Made by a program: the position numbers and the translations under genes. A stretch of 64,000 nucleotides of DNA, taken from Candidatus Levyibacteriota bacterium (lineage in GTDB: Bacteria; Patescibacteriota; Microgenomatia; Levybacterales; UBA12049). The stretch spans positions 69,510 through 133,509 of the forward strand of contig JBDRBE010000004.1 in NCBI GenBank assembly GCA_043823085.1. The letters are read 5' to 3'. Below are positions 41,314-50,781 of this stretch, piece by piece (the first letter of the stretch is position 1; the number at the start of each line of letters is the position of its first letter). The notes under the pieces were generated by a model. That model searched no databases. It worked only from the letters and a program-made list of their open reading frames with translations, and was not told the DNA's origin.

Positions 41314-41907
41314 ATGCAAGACAAAACTGGAAAAGAACTATCGTCAAACGAGATTATGAAAAAGTCTTTAGGTAGATTTCAGACGATTTTGCTTGAATTT
41401 AATGTTTTTATTCTCAATATTGTAGGATATGTTCCTTGTCATCCATTTAGACGTTTTTTTTATAGACTCTCGGGTGTAAAAATTGGCAAAGGTTCAGTAA
41501 TTCATACCGGTGCAAGATTTTATAATCCAAGAAATATTAAAATTGGTGAAGATTCAATAGTTGGCGAAGGTGTGGTTTTGGATGGCAGAGATAAATTAGC
41601 TATTGGTAATCATGTTGATATTGCCTCCGAAGTCATGATTTATAATGCCAAACATGATCTTGAAGACGAGAATTTCAAGGCGATTATTGATCCGGTTGCA
41701 ATTGAAGACTACGTTTTTATCGGGCCAAGGGCAATTATTCAATCAGGGGTTAAAGTTGGCAAAGGTTCTGTTATCGCCGCAGGCGCTGTGGTTACAAAAG
41801 ATGTAGAAGAGTTTTCAATCGTCGGAGGAGTTCCTGCAAAATTAATAAAAAAAAGAGAGATAAGCAATTTACATTATAAACTTGGAAGAGCCGCATGGTT
41901 TCGTTAA
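41314..41907 (+). CDS. Hexapeptide-repeat (LbH) O-acyltransferase
   Basis: IKIGEDSIVG, IEDYVFIG, GVKVGKGSVIAAGAVVTKDV, VGGVPAK. Confidence 0.92.
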   Translation: MQDKTGKELSSNEIMKKSLGRFQTILLEFNVFILNIVGYVPCHPFRRFFYRLSGVKIGKGSVIHTGARFYNPRNIKIGEDSIVGEGVVLDGRDKLAIGNHVDIASEVMIYNAKHDLEDENFKAIIDPVAIEDYVFIGPRAIIQSGVKVGKGSVIAAGAVVTKDVEEFSIVGGVPAKLIKKREISNLHYKLGRAAWFR

Positions 41908-41908
41908 A

Positions 41909-42790
41909 ATGGTTAAACTTTCCATTATTATTCTTTCGTATAACACTAAGGATTTGATCCTCAAATGTATAGATTCAATAGCTAGTCAATATAAAGAACA
42001 GCTAGATAAAGGAGAGCTTGAAATTATTGTTGTTGACAATGCCTCATCTGATGCTTCGGCATCTCAAATCTCAAATCTCAAATCTCAAATCTCAAATCTA
42101 GAATTAATTGAGAATGAAGAGAATGTTGGATTTTCAAAGGGAAATAATCGTGGGGCAAAAGCGGCATCTGGAAAATATCTTCTTTTTCTAAATTCCGATA
42201 CAGAGGTTTTAGATAAAAACTTATTGGGAATGGTTGGATTTTTGGAAAAAAATGAAAAACTTGGAATCTTAGGTGCAAAGCTTGTTAACCAGAATGGCAA
42301 AGACCAAAAGTCGACCGGAAAATTCTATACTGTGTTTAATACACTCTTAATGCTTTTTGGCGGAGAAAAGCTCGGGTTATTACGCGCAAGTCCCTCAAGT
42401 TTTAAAAATGTTGATTGGGTAAGCGGGGCGGCATTAATGATAAGACGTGATTTGCTCGAAAAATTAAACGGTTTTGATGAGAAAATTTTTATGTATATGG
42501 AAGACATGGAATTATGTTATCGGATAAAAGAGAATGGTTTTCTTGTTGGATTTTACCCCAAAGCAAAAATTTTACATAAAGAAAGAGGAAGTTCAAATAG
42601 AGAGTTTGCAATTGTTAATATTTATCAAAGCCTTTTATATTTTTCTAAAAAACACAGAAATCGCTTTGACTATTTAATGATTAAAAAAATACTTGCATTA
42701 AAAGCGATAATCTCGATTTTTTTTGGTATACTGATTAATAGCAGATATCTAAAAGATACCTATAAAAAAGCCTTAAAATTCTGCATATGA
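41909..42790 (+). CDS. GT2 glycosyltransferase (WbbL-like)
   Basis: SIIILSYN, VDNAS, N.GF.KGNN, FLNSD, FDE.IFMYMED. Confidence 0.9.
   Translation: MVKLSIIILSYNTKDLILKCIDSIASQYKEQLDKGELEIIVVDNASSDASASQISNLKSQISNLELIENEENVGFSKGNNRGAKAASGKYLLFLNSDTEVLDKNLLGMVGFLEKNEKLGILGAKLVNQNGKDQKSTGKFYTVFNTLLMLFGGEKLGLLRASPSSFKNVDWVSGAALMIRRDLLEKLNGFDEKIFMYMEDMELCYRIKENGFLVGFYPKAKILHKERGSSNREFAIVNIYQSLLYFSKKHRNRFDYLMIKKILALKAIISIFFGILINSRYLKDTYKKALKFCI
42061..42099 (+). repeat. (ATCTCAA)x5 perfect array, in frame
   Basis: Encodes SQISNLKSQISNL. Confidence 0.95.
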
Positions 42791-45700
42791 AAATAATTAA
42801 ATGGATTTTTAGCAATATTCTTTTTGTTTCTACAATTTTTCTTTTGATATTTATTCCCTTATATCCGAAATTGCCACTTTTAGATGTGAGCAATGTCTGG
42901 GTTTATATAAGAGCGGATGATTTTATTGTTTTACTTGTTTTGTTGCTTTGGCTAATACTGATGTTAACTAAAAAAATCACATTTAAAACGCCTTTAACAC
43001 TGCCTATAATGGCATTTTGGATAATCGGAGTGATATCAACCATTCATGGAGTATTATTAATATTTCCGACTCTAGGCGCTGTTTTTCCAAATGTAGCATT
43101 TTTAAGTTATTTAAGGCGAATTGAATATGTAGGTTTATTTTTTGTTGCATATTCGGGAATAAAAGATAAACGGTTCATTTTGCATGTCGTTGTTGCGTTA
43201 ACTTTGACTCTTGTTTTAGTTTCGTTATATGGAATAGGTCAAAAATATCTTGGATTTCCGGCATTTTTAACAATGAATGAGGAGTTTGCAAAAGGAGTGC
43301 CGATACAACTTTCTCAATTATCCCGTGTTTCTTCGACGTTTGCTGGCCATTATGATTTGGCTGCTTATCTTGTTTTAATTATTCCTTTGCTTTCCAGCAT
43401 GATCTTAGGATTTAAGAATTGGTTTATGAAAATATTTTTATTGGCGGCAATTTTTCTTGGAGTTATAACCCTTTTTATGACTGTATCGCGTGTCTCATTT
43501 TTAGTGCTTCTGATCTCATTAATTTTAATGCTGGCTTTCTACAAAAAGAAATTTGCAATAATTGCAACAATTTCTCTTGCGGTAACAATAGTTGTTCTGT
43601 CATTCACTTTTTCTACAAGTCTTTTTCAACGTTTTGGAAATACAGTTAAAGAGGTAAATGTTTTAATTGACGCTACAACCGGTGAAGCCTTGGGAGAAAT
43701 AAAAGAATTTCCATTGGAAAATTATAAAGATAAAACTTTTAGGATAAAATTTGCACAAACCAGAGATGAAATTATTGGTGGAACTGCTAGTAAGAAAAAC
43801 GATCCGGAGTTGGCAACTAGTTCTGCAATGATAATTCCTTTAGCTCATCTTCCAAGCAATCTTCTTTTTCTTGTACAGCCAAATGAATCGAATGGAGAAA
43901 GTCTACCGCAAGGAACAGGTTATATAAATTTAACTCTTGCACCGATAAAAAGCAAAACTGATCAGTTTTTTCAAGTACCAAACGTTGGACAGAATACAAA
44001 AGAAGATGAAATTTTCGCAATCAGAGGCAATTTTCTTATTAAAAGAGTTTTGGCCTATGATCTTTCATTTACGACCAGATTTCAGGGAGGATGGCCAAAT
44101 GCTTTGACAGTTTTTAAAAAAGATATTTTATTTGGAGGAGGATATTCTTCAACCGGTCTTGCCGTTGATAATAATTATCTCCGTATTTTAGGCGAAGTGG
44201 GATTATTGGGATTCTTGTCTTATTTTGGAATTTTTGCATTAGTTGTGATTTATATTAAAAAAATGTTACCGCAGGTCGATTCCCCTGTTATTAAAAGTTT
44301 TGTTATAGGTTTTGTAGCAGGAATGGTTGGTTTGGCGTTAAATGCAATACTAATAGATGTTTTCGAAGCATCAAAAATTGCATATCTTCTTTGGCTTTTG
44401 GTTGGAATAACGGTTGGAGTTTTGCATTTATATCAAAAAAACGAAGTTGATCTTTATGGTGAGTTGCGAAAAATAATAAGTTCTCCTTATACAATAGTTG
44501 TCTTGATTTTTACTGCCACGGCAGTCTTATTTTCATCGATTACAAACAACTATTTTGTTGCCGATGATTTTACCTGGTTTAGGTGGGTGGCTGACTGTAA
44601 AAAAATAGTTATGGGGAATGGTTTAATAAACTGCGAGCCTATAAAAAACACAATAATTAATTACTTCCTGCAATCTGACGGGTTTTTCTATAGGCCTGGA
44701 ACAAAGCTTTATTTTTTGCTTATGTATTCCGGTTTTTGGCTTAATCAGACAATTTATTACTTTGTTTCAATTTTCTTACATTTTACTGTGACTGTTTTGG
44801 TGTTTTTGATTTCAAGAAGAATATTAAAAAGTTTTTCTCTTTCTATCCTTGCCTCATTTCTATTTGTAATTTTAACCGGTTATTCGGAAGCGATTTTTTG
44901 GATTTCCGGTGTAGGACACTTATTTAATGTGCTTTTTATTCTCTCAAGTTTATTTTTCTTTATGCTTTGGAGCGAAAAGAAAAGAGATATATTTTTGGTA
45001 CTTTCTTTTACTTGCGTTATTTTAAGCCTTATGTTCCATGAGCATGGGTTAGTCGCGCCATTATTAATCGCCTTGTATGGATATATGTTTAAAGATCGAT
45101 TTTCATTTAAAGGTTTTTTCAAAGAAAAACATTATTTATTTTTATTTTTTCCGATATTGCCTTATCTTGTAATTCGTTTTTTTGCCCATAGCCATTGGTT
45201 GAGCGGTGATTATAGCTATAACTTTTTTATGCTTCCTTTTAATTTTATCGGTAACACAATTGGTTATTTGATGCTTAATGCATTTGGCCCTTGGTTTTTA
45301 CCGGTTTATGAAAGCTTAAGGAATTTCTTAAAAGGGCATATAACGGTAGCTTTTGTTATTTCCTTAATTTCAATTTTTATTCTTTTCTTGTTAATTAAAT
45401 CGATCAATCGAAAAATAAACAATGAAGATCGTAAAATTATTGTTTTTGGATCCCTATTTTTTGTGATATCTCTTTTGCCATTTTTAGGACTTGGAAATAT
45501 TACTTCTCGCTATAGTTATCTTTCAAGTGTAGGATTTGTAATTCTTTTAGTGTTTCTACTGAAAAAAACTTATCATTATTTGATTAGTATTCATGGTAAA
45601 AATATTTCCATAGCATCCGTTATTTTAATAACTTCCATATTTATCCTTATGCAAGTGACTCAATTTCAAAAAATTCAAAATGATTGGTTGGGAGCAGGCA

Positions 45701-46011
45701 ACGTATCAAAGAACTTCATAATGTCTTTGGATAATACATACTATGATGAATGGACAAAAGATCATATGCGTTTCTTTTTTGTCAATGTACCTCAGAAAGT
45801 GGGAGATGCATGGGTTTTCCCAGTTGGGTTAAAAGACGCGGTTTGGTTTGTTTTTAGGAATGATAATATCGAAATATACCAATTGTCATCATTGAATGAA
45901 GCGTTTAATTTAGCAACAAATCCTCTGACAGATAGAATCTTTGTCTTTGACCCAAGCGGTGCTGTCACTCGAAAAGAAAAACCGAGAATTGTTGCACCTC
46001 CCATTAAGTGA
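42787..46011 (+). CDS. Fusion: O-antigen ligase/Wzy_C-like N-half plus GT-C (PMT-like) C-half
   Basis: RVSSTF, T.SR.S, R...W..A, LFGGG, DNNYLRILGEVGLLG; then YFVADDF.W, FYRP and about 10 more TMs. Confidence 0.72.
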   Translation: MKIIKWIFSNILFVSTIFLLIFIPLYPKLPLLDVSNVWVYIRADDFIVLLVLLLWLILMLTKKITFKTPLTLPIMAFWIIGVISTIHGVLLIFPTLGAVFPNVAFLSYLRRIEYVGLFFVAYSGIKDKRFILHVVVALTLTLVLVSLYGIGQKYLGFPAFLTMNEEFAKGVPIQLSQLSRVSSTFAGHYDLAAYLVLIIPLLSSMILGFKNWFMKIFLLAAIFLGVITLFMTVSRVSFLVLLISLILMLAFYKKKFAIIATISLAVTIVVLSFTFSTSLFQRFGNTVKEVNVLIDATTGEALGEIKEFPLENYKDKTFRIKFAQTRDEIIGGTASKKNDPELATSSAMIIPLAHLPSNLLFLVQPNESNGESLPQGTGYINLTLAPIKSKTDQFFQVPNVGQNTKEDEIFAIRGNFLIKRVLAYDLSFTTRFQGGWPNALTVFKKDILFGGGYSSTGLAVDNNYLRILGEVGLLGFLSYFGIFALVVIYIKKMLPQVDSPVIKSFVIGFVAGMVGLALNAILIDVFEASKIAYLLWLLVGITVGVLHLYQKNEVDLYGELRKIISSPYTIVVLIFTATAVLFSSITNNYFVADDFTWFRWVADCKKIVMGNGLINCEPIKNTIINYFLQSDGFFYRPGTKLYFLLMYSGFWLNQTIYYFVSIFLHFTVTVLVFLISRRILKSFSLSILASFLFVILTGYSEAIFWISGVGHLFNVLFILSSLFFFMLWSEKKRDIFLVLSFTCVILSLMFHEHGLVAPLLIALYGYMFKDRFSFKGFFKEKHYLFLFFPILPYLVIRFFAHSHWLSGDYSYNFFMLPFNFIGNTIGYLMLNAFGPWFLPVYESLRNFLKGHITVAFVISLISIFILFLLIKSINRKINNEDRKIIVFGSLFFVISLLPFLGLGNITSRYSYLSSVGFVILLVFLLKKTYHYLISIHGKNISIASVILITSIFILMQVTQFQKIQNDWLGAGNVSKNFIMSLDNTYYDEWTKDHMRFFFVNVPQKVGDAWVFPVGLKDAVWFVFRNDNIEIYQLSSLNEAFNLATNPLTDRIFVFDPSGAVTRKEKPRIVAPPIK

Positions 46012-47465
46012 GAATGAAAAAAATAAAATTCTTCATATTGATTATAATTTTACTCGGTGCATTCGTTACGCGTTTGTACAGATTTGATGGTCCGATTGCA
46101 GATTGGCATTCTTGGCGCCAGAGCGACACAAGCGCTGTTTCAAGAAATTTTGTAAAATCAGGTTTTGATTTTTTTCACCCCCGTTTTGATGATTTATCAA
46201 ATGTGCCGTCGGGAATTGATAATCCTGATGGTTATCGTTTTGTCGAAGTTCCAATATATAATTTTTTCCAAGCAGGATTATTTAAGACATTTGGTATTTT
46301 TTCACTTGTCCAGTGGGGAAGACTTGTGACGATTTTCTCTTCACTTTTAACAATTATTTTTATTTATCTTATTGTTAAAAAATATCGTGGAGAACAGGCC
46401 GGTCTCTTGTCGGCTTTTTTCTTTGCTTTTTTGCCATTTAATATTTATTTCGGAAGAACAATTTTACCTGATTCTTTAATGGTGATGGCAATACTTGGCG
46501 GAATTTATTTTTTTGATAAATGGCTCGAAGAAATCTCAAATCTTAAATCTCAAATCTTTTTTATTCTCTCGGTAATTTTCACTGCATCTGCGTTTTTACT
46601 AAAACCATACGCTTTATTTTTTACACTTCCGATGATTTATCTGGTTTGGAAAAATTTTGGAATTAAAACAATTTTAAAATGGCAATTATGGATTTTTTTA
46701 ATTTTATCAATTGTTCCTTTGGTTTTTTGGCGGGCATGGATGATGCAATATCCGCAAGGTATTCCTCAAAGCACATGGCTTTTTAACGGCGGAGATATTC
46801 GTTTTAAAGGCGCCTTTTTTCAATGGATTTTTGGAGATAGAATAGGAAGACTAATTCTTGGATATTGGGGATTGCCATTATTAATACTAGGAATAATTGC
46901 CAAAGCAAAAAATAAAATTGCAAAAAACGGATTAATTTTCTTTCTTTCTTTTATTGCCTCATCTCTCTTATATATTTTTGTTATTGCCAGAGGCAATGTT
47001 CAGCATGACTATTATCAAATTTTAATCATGCCGACAGTTGCTATTTTTTTGGGTCTTGGCGGCGAATTTTTATTAACAGCGCCGCGCGAGTATTTCCATA
47101 AATCTATTTGCTATTTGCTATTTGTTATTTGCTCGATTTTTATGTTTTCTTTTAGCTGGTTTGTTGTTCGAGACTATTTTAATATTAATAACCCCTCAAT
47201 AGTTATTGCAGGAAAGGCAGTTGACGAGTTAACAGAAAAAAATGCAAAAATTATTGCGCCTTATGACGGAGACACGTCATTTCTTTATCAGACCAACAGA
47301 GCCGGTTGGGCAAGTTTTGAAAAGTCACTTCCCGAAATGGTAGAATTAGGTGCGGATTATCTGGTTTTAGTTAATCCAGCTCCAAACGATTATAATATTG
47401 GCAAAACTTACAAAATCGTTTCGGCAAAAAAAGAATATATTTTATTTAATCTTCACAATTTATGA
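46008..47465 (+). CDS. ArnT/PMT-like (GT-C) glycosyltransferase
   Basis: DWHSWRQSDT, WGRL, PFNIYFGR..LPD, LLKP, HDYYQ. Confidence 0.78.
   Translation: MRMKKIKFFILIIILLGAFVTRLYRFDGPIADWHSWRQSDTSAVSRNFVKSGFDFFHPRFDDLSNVPSGIDNPDGYRFVEVPIYNFFQAGLFKTFGIFSLVQWGRLVTIFSSLLTIIFIYLIVKKYRGEQAGLLSAFFFAFLPFNIYFGRTILPDSLMVMAILGGIYFFDKWLEEISNLKSQIFFILSVIFTASAFLLKPYALFFTLPMIYLVWKNFGIKTILKWQLWIFLILSIVPLVFWRAWMMQYPQGIPQSTWLFNGGDIRFKGAFFQWIFGDRIGRLILGYWGLPLLILGIIAKAKNKIAKNGLIFFLSFIASSLLYIFVIARGNVQHDYYQILIMPTVAIFLGLGGEFLLTAPREYFHKSICYLLFVICSIFMFSFSWFVVRDYFNINNPSIVIAGKAVDELTEKNAKIIAPYDGDTSFLYQTNRAGWASFEKSLPEMVELGADYLVLVNPAPNDYNIGKTYKIVSAKKEYILFNLHNL
46531..46558 (+). repeat. AAATCT(C/T) x4 array, in frame
   Basis: Encodes ISNLKSQI. 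Confidence 0.88.
47104..47131 (+). repeat. CTATTTG x3 + TTATTTG array (reverse-orientation type), in frame
   Basis: Encodes ICYLLFVIC inside a TM segment. Confidence 0.88.
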
Positions 47466-48676
47466 AGATATTAGTTGTTTCATCCTATCTGCCTTTTCCT
47501 CTTTTTTCGGGCGGCCACGTTCGCCTATATAATATTTTAAAAAAACTTTCTAAAAATAATGAGATAACTTTAGTTTGCGAGAGAAGAGATTATCAAAAAG
47601 AACAGGATATTTTGGAGGTTAAAAAGTTTTGCAAAGAGATTTTTACAGTTGAAAAACAAAAGCAATGGTCATTAAAAAATATCATTAAATCAATATTTTC
47701 ATTATCCTCGTTTCTCTTGGTTGGTCACACAAGCGAAGCCATAAATGAAAAAATAACAGAGTTGTTAAATAAAGAAAAGTTTGATCTAATTCACGTTGAA
47801 ACCTTTTATGTTATGCAAAATCTACCAAATCCGCCAGCTCGCGGATTACCGATAGTTTTGGTTGAACATAATATTGAATATCTTGTTTATTCGCGTTTTG
47901 CAAATTCTATGCCATTTTTTATCAGACCTTTTTTATATCTTGATATTTTAAAACTTAAATATTGGGAAAAACATTTTTGGCAAAAAGCAACGAAACTTGT
48001 CGCGGTTTCCGAAAGTGAAAAGAAATTAATGAAAAGAAACGATGCGGTTGTGGTGCAAAATGGTGTTGATAAGGAAAGTTTTAAGATGGAATCTGCCGGA
48101 TGGCGCACAAAATTCAAGGCTCAAAAAAAGATTTTATTTATCGGCGATTTTAAATGGTTGCAGAATAGGGATTCGGTAGAATGGATTTTAAAAGAAATTT
48201 GGCCAAAAGTTCAATTAAAAATAAAAGAACAAAAATTAGATATCAATTTGAAATTATGGATAGTGGGGAGAGAAATTCCCGATTCAATTAAAAAATTATC
48301 AGATGATAAAAATGTTGCTTTTGATGAGAATGCGCCTAAAGTTACGCCGGAAATATTTCGGCAGTCAGATATTTTACTTTCGCCAATTAGAGTTGGAGGG
48401 GGAACAAGTTATAAAATACTAGAAGCCATGGCATCGGGTGTTCCGGTTATTACGACAAGTCTTGGAATTGAAGGAATTGATGCGGGACATTTAAAAGAAG
48501 TATTAATTGCGGATAATGCGGAAGATATAGTTGATTTAATAATTGATATTGTTGGAAACGATTCGGCTTTTGAAAAAATTGCTCATAATGCAAGAAAATT
48601 GGTTGAAGAAAAATATGATTGGGAACCGATTGTCAAAAAGTTGGAAGAAGTATATAAGTCGGCATTAAGAAAATGA
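47462..48676 (+). CDS. GT4 glycosyltransferase
   Basis: YLPFP..SGG, HNIE, FIGDF, GGGTSYKILEAMASG. Confidence 0.92.
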   Translation: MKILVVSSYLPFPLFSGGHVRLYNILKKLSKNNEITLVCERRDYQKEQDILEVKKFCKEIFTVEKQKQWSLKNIIKSIFSLSSFLLVGHTSEAINEKITELLNKEKFDLIHVETFYVMQNLPNPPARGLPIVLVEHNIEYLVYSRFANSMPFFIRPFLYLDILKLKYWEKHFWQKATKLVAVSESEKKLMKRNDAVVVQNGVDKESFKMESAGWRTKFKAQKKILFIGDFKWLQNRDSVEWILKEIWPKVQLKIKEQKLDINLKLWIVGREIPDSIKKLSDDKNVAFDENAPKVTPEIFRQSDILLSPIRVGGGTSYKILEAMASGVPVITTSLGIEGIDAGHLKEVLIADNAEDIVDLIIDIVGNDSAFEKIAHNARKLVEEKYDWEPIVKKLEEVYKSALRK

Positions 48677-49560
48677 TAGATTTATCAATAATTATTGTAA
48701 GTTATAATACAAAATCTTTCTTGAAAAATTGTATCTCATCAGCGTTCAATCAAAGACCAAAAGGATTAAATATGGAAGTTATTGTAGTTGATAATGGTTC
48801 AACAGATGGCTCGGTGCAGTTATTAGAGAATGAATTTCCAAATATAAAATTAATTAAAAATAAAGAAAATTTTGGATTTTCAAAAGCGAATAATATTGGT
48901 GTAAAAAAAGCAGAGGGACGATATTTGCTTTTCTTAAACTCCGATACGGTTATTTACGAAAAAGTTTTTGAAACGATGGTTAAATTTATGGATGAGCATA
49001 AAGACGCTGGGGCGGCTACATGCAAAGTTATTTTGCCAAGCGGATTACTTGACGATGCTTCTCACAGGGGTTTTCCTACTCCTTGGAATTCCTTTTCTCA
49101 TTTTTCTAACCTTTCAAAAATATTTCCGAAAACAAAAATATTCGGCGGTTACAATTTGTCATGGATGAATCTAGAAAAAACTCACCAAATTGATGCTTGC
49201 TGCGGTGCTTTTATAATTGTAAGACGTAAAGCGGGAGATGAAATTGAATGGTGGGATGAAGATTATTTTTGGTATGGTGAAGATCTTGACTTTTGTTATA
49301 AATTGAAAGAAAAAGGGTGGAAAGTTTATTTTGTACCCCAAGTTTCAGTCCTTCACTACAAAGGCGTTTCCGGCGGGATAAAAAGTATTTCAAAGCATTT
49401 GACAAATGCTACTAAAGAAACAAAAATAAAAGCAACAAAAGCCCGTTTCCAAGCAATGAGAATTTTTTATAAAAAGCACTATGAAAAAGTTTATCCAAAA
49501 ATAGTCTCCAATCTTGTCTCCTTGGGAATTTCCTTAAAAGAAAAATCAGTTCTTCAATAG
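48673..49560 (+). CDS. GT2 glycosyltransferase (WbbL-like)
   Basis: SIIIVSYN, VDNGSTD, FLNSD, DEDYFWYGEDLD. Confidence 0.92.
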   Translation: MIDLSIIIVSYNTKSFLKNCISSAFNQRPKGLNMEVIVVDNGSTDGSVQLLENEFPNIKLIKNKENFGFSKANNIGVKKAEGRYLLFLNSDTVIYEKVFETMVKFMDEHKDAGAATCKVILPSGLLDDASHRGFPTPWNSFSHFSNLSKIFPKTKIFGGYNLSWMNLEKTHQIDACCGAFIIVRRKAGDEIEWWDEDYFWYGEDLDFCYKLKEKGWKVYFVPQVSVLHYKGVSGGIKSISKHLTNATKETKIKATKARFQAMRIFYKKHYEKVYPKIVSNLVSLGISLKEKSVLQ

Positions 49561-49605
49561 CGTCAACGGTTTGTTTAGATTTGTTTTATCCGTTATAATC
49601 TTTGT

Positions 49606-50781
49606 ATGAGAATTGGAATTGACTGCCGTCTTTGGAATGAGTCGGGAGTGGGCCGCTATATCAGAAATCTTATTAAAAACTTACTTATTCAGGACAGTAA
49701 AAATAGTTATGTGTTGTTTGTCAATAGTTTAGATAGTGAAAATATCAAATATCAAATATCAAATATCAAATATGCAAATAAAAATTTAAAAATAATAACG
49801 ACCGACATAAGATGGCATTCTTTCAAAGAGCAATTAATTTTTCCGTCGATTTTAAATAAAGAGAATCTGGATTTGGTTCATTTTCCTTATTTTTCAGTTC
49901 CGATTTTTTATAATAAACCCTTTGTCGTAACAATTCACGATTTAATCATTAACCATTTTTCAACCGGTCTCGCCTCAACTCTATCAGCTCCTTTATATCA
50001 ATTAAAACTTCTTGGTTATAAATTTGTAATTTCACAGGCCGTAAAAAAAGCGAAAAAAGTTATTACTGTTTCAAATACTACAAAAGATGAAATTATCGAT
50101 CACTTTGGGGTCGATGATAAGAAGGTTATTGTGACGTACGAAGGCGTCGATAAGCAAAAATCAAAAATCAAAAATCAAAAATCAAAGATAGATAAACCAT
50201 ATTTTCTGTATGTTGGAAATGCATATCCGCATAAGAACCTCGAAAGATTACTTGAAGCATTTTGTTTATTTTGTCATCCTGAACTTGTTTCAGGATCTCA
50301 ATTGAACCGAGATTCTGACCTTCGTCAAAATGACACGAAATTAATTTTCGTTGGGAAGAATGATTATTTCTACGAAAGGCTAAAAAAGAGGGTTAATGAA
50401 ATGGGATTAAAGGATTCAGTTATTTTTTATGGGGAGGTAAGCGATGAAGAGTTAGTTTACCTTTACAAAAATGCAAAAGCTTTAGTTTTACCCTCTTTAA
50501 TGGAAGGGTTTGGTTTGCCGGCCCTTGAGGCAATGAGTTTGGGATGTTTAGTTTTGGCATCGGATATTCCTAGCTTTCGAGAAATTTGCCAGGACGCGGC
50601 AATTTATTTTAATCCTAACAATGTTAATGATCTGGCAAAAAAACTGAAAGAAATTTGCTTTAATGATTTAAATCATTTCAGCGATTTTATAAAGAAAGGA
50701 CGTGAAAGGGCAAGTTCATTTTCCTGGGGGAAAATGACCAAAAAAACTCTAGAAGTTTATGAAAGTTGCGGTAGTTTATGA
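49606..50781 (+). CDS. GT4 glycosyltransferase
   Basis: GVGRY, TIHDL, YVGNAYPHKN, EGFGLPALEAM. Confidence 0.93.
   Translation: MRIGIDCRLWNESGVGRYIRNLIKNLLIQDSKNSYVLFVNSLDSENIKYQISNIKYANKNLKIITTDIRWHSFKEQLIFPSILNKENLDLVHFPYFSVPIFYNKPFVVTIHDLIINHFSTGLASTLSAPLYQLKLLGYKFVISQAVKKAKKVITVSNTTKDEIIDHFGVDDKKVIVTYEGVDKQKSKIKNQKSKIDKPYFLYVGNAYPHKNLERLLEAFCLFCHPELVSGSQLNRDSDLRQNDTKLIFVGKNDYFYERLKKRVNEMGLKDSVIFYGEVSDEELVYLYKNAKALVLPSLMEGFGLPALEAMSLGCLVLASDIPSFREICQDAAIYFNPNNVNDLAKKLKEICFNDLNHFSDFIKKGRERASSFSWGKMTKKTLEVYESCGSL
49740..49774 (+). repeat. (AAATATC)x4+ array, in frame
   Basis: Encodes NIKYQISNIKY. Confidence 0.95.
50156..50190 (+). repeat. (AAAAATC)x4 array, in frame
   Basis: Encodes QKSKIKNQKSKI. 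Confidence 0.95.
50272..50335 (+). repeat. 64-nt multi-hairpin palindromic element, in frame
   Basis: tgtcat...atgaca termini; atcctgaa/ttcaggat, atctc/gagat, tgac/gtca stems; encodes CHPELVSGSQLNRDSDLRQND. Confidence 0.88.

Noticed and set aside
42038-42062. atgcc...ggcat hairpin just before the ATCTCAA array
   Set aside because: Overlaps the conserved GT2 DNAS.D motif; may be chance.
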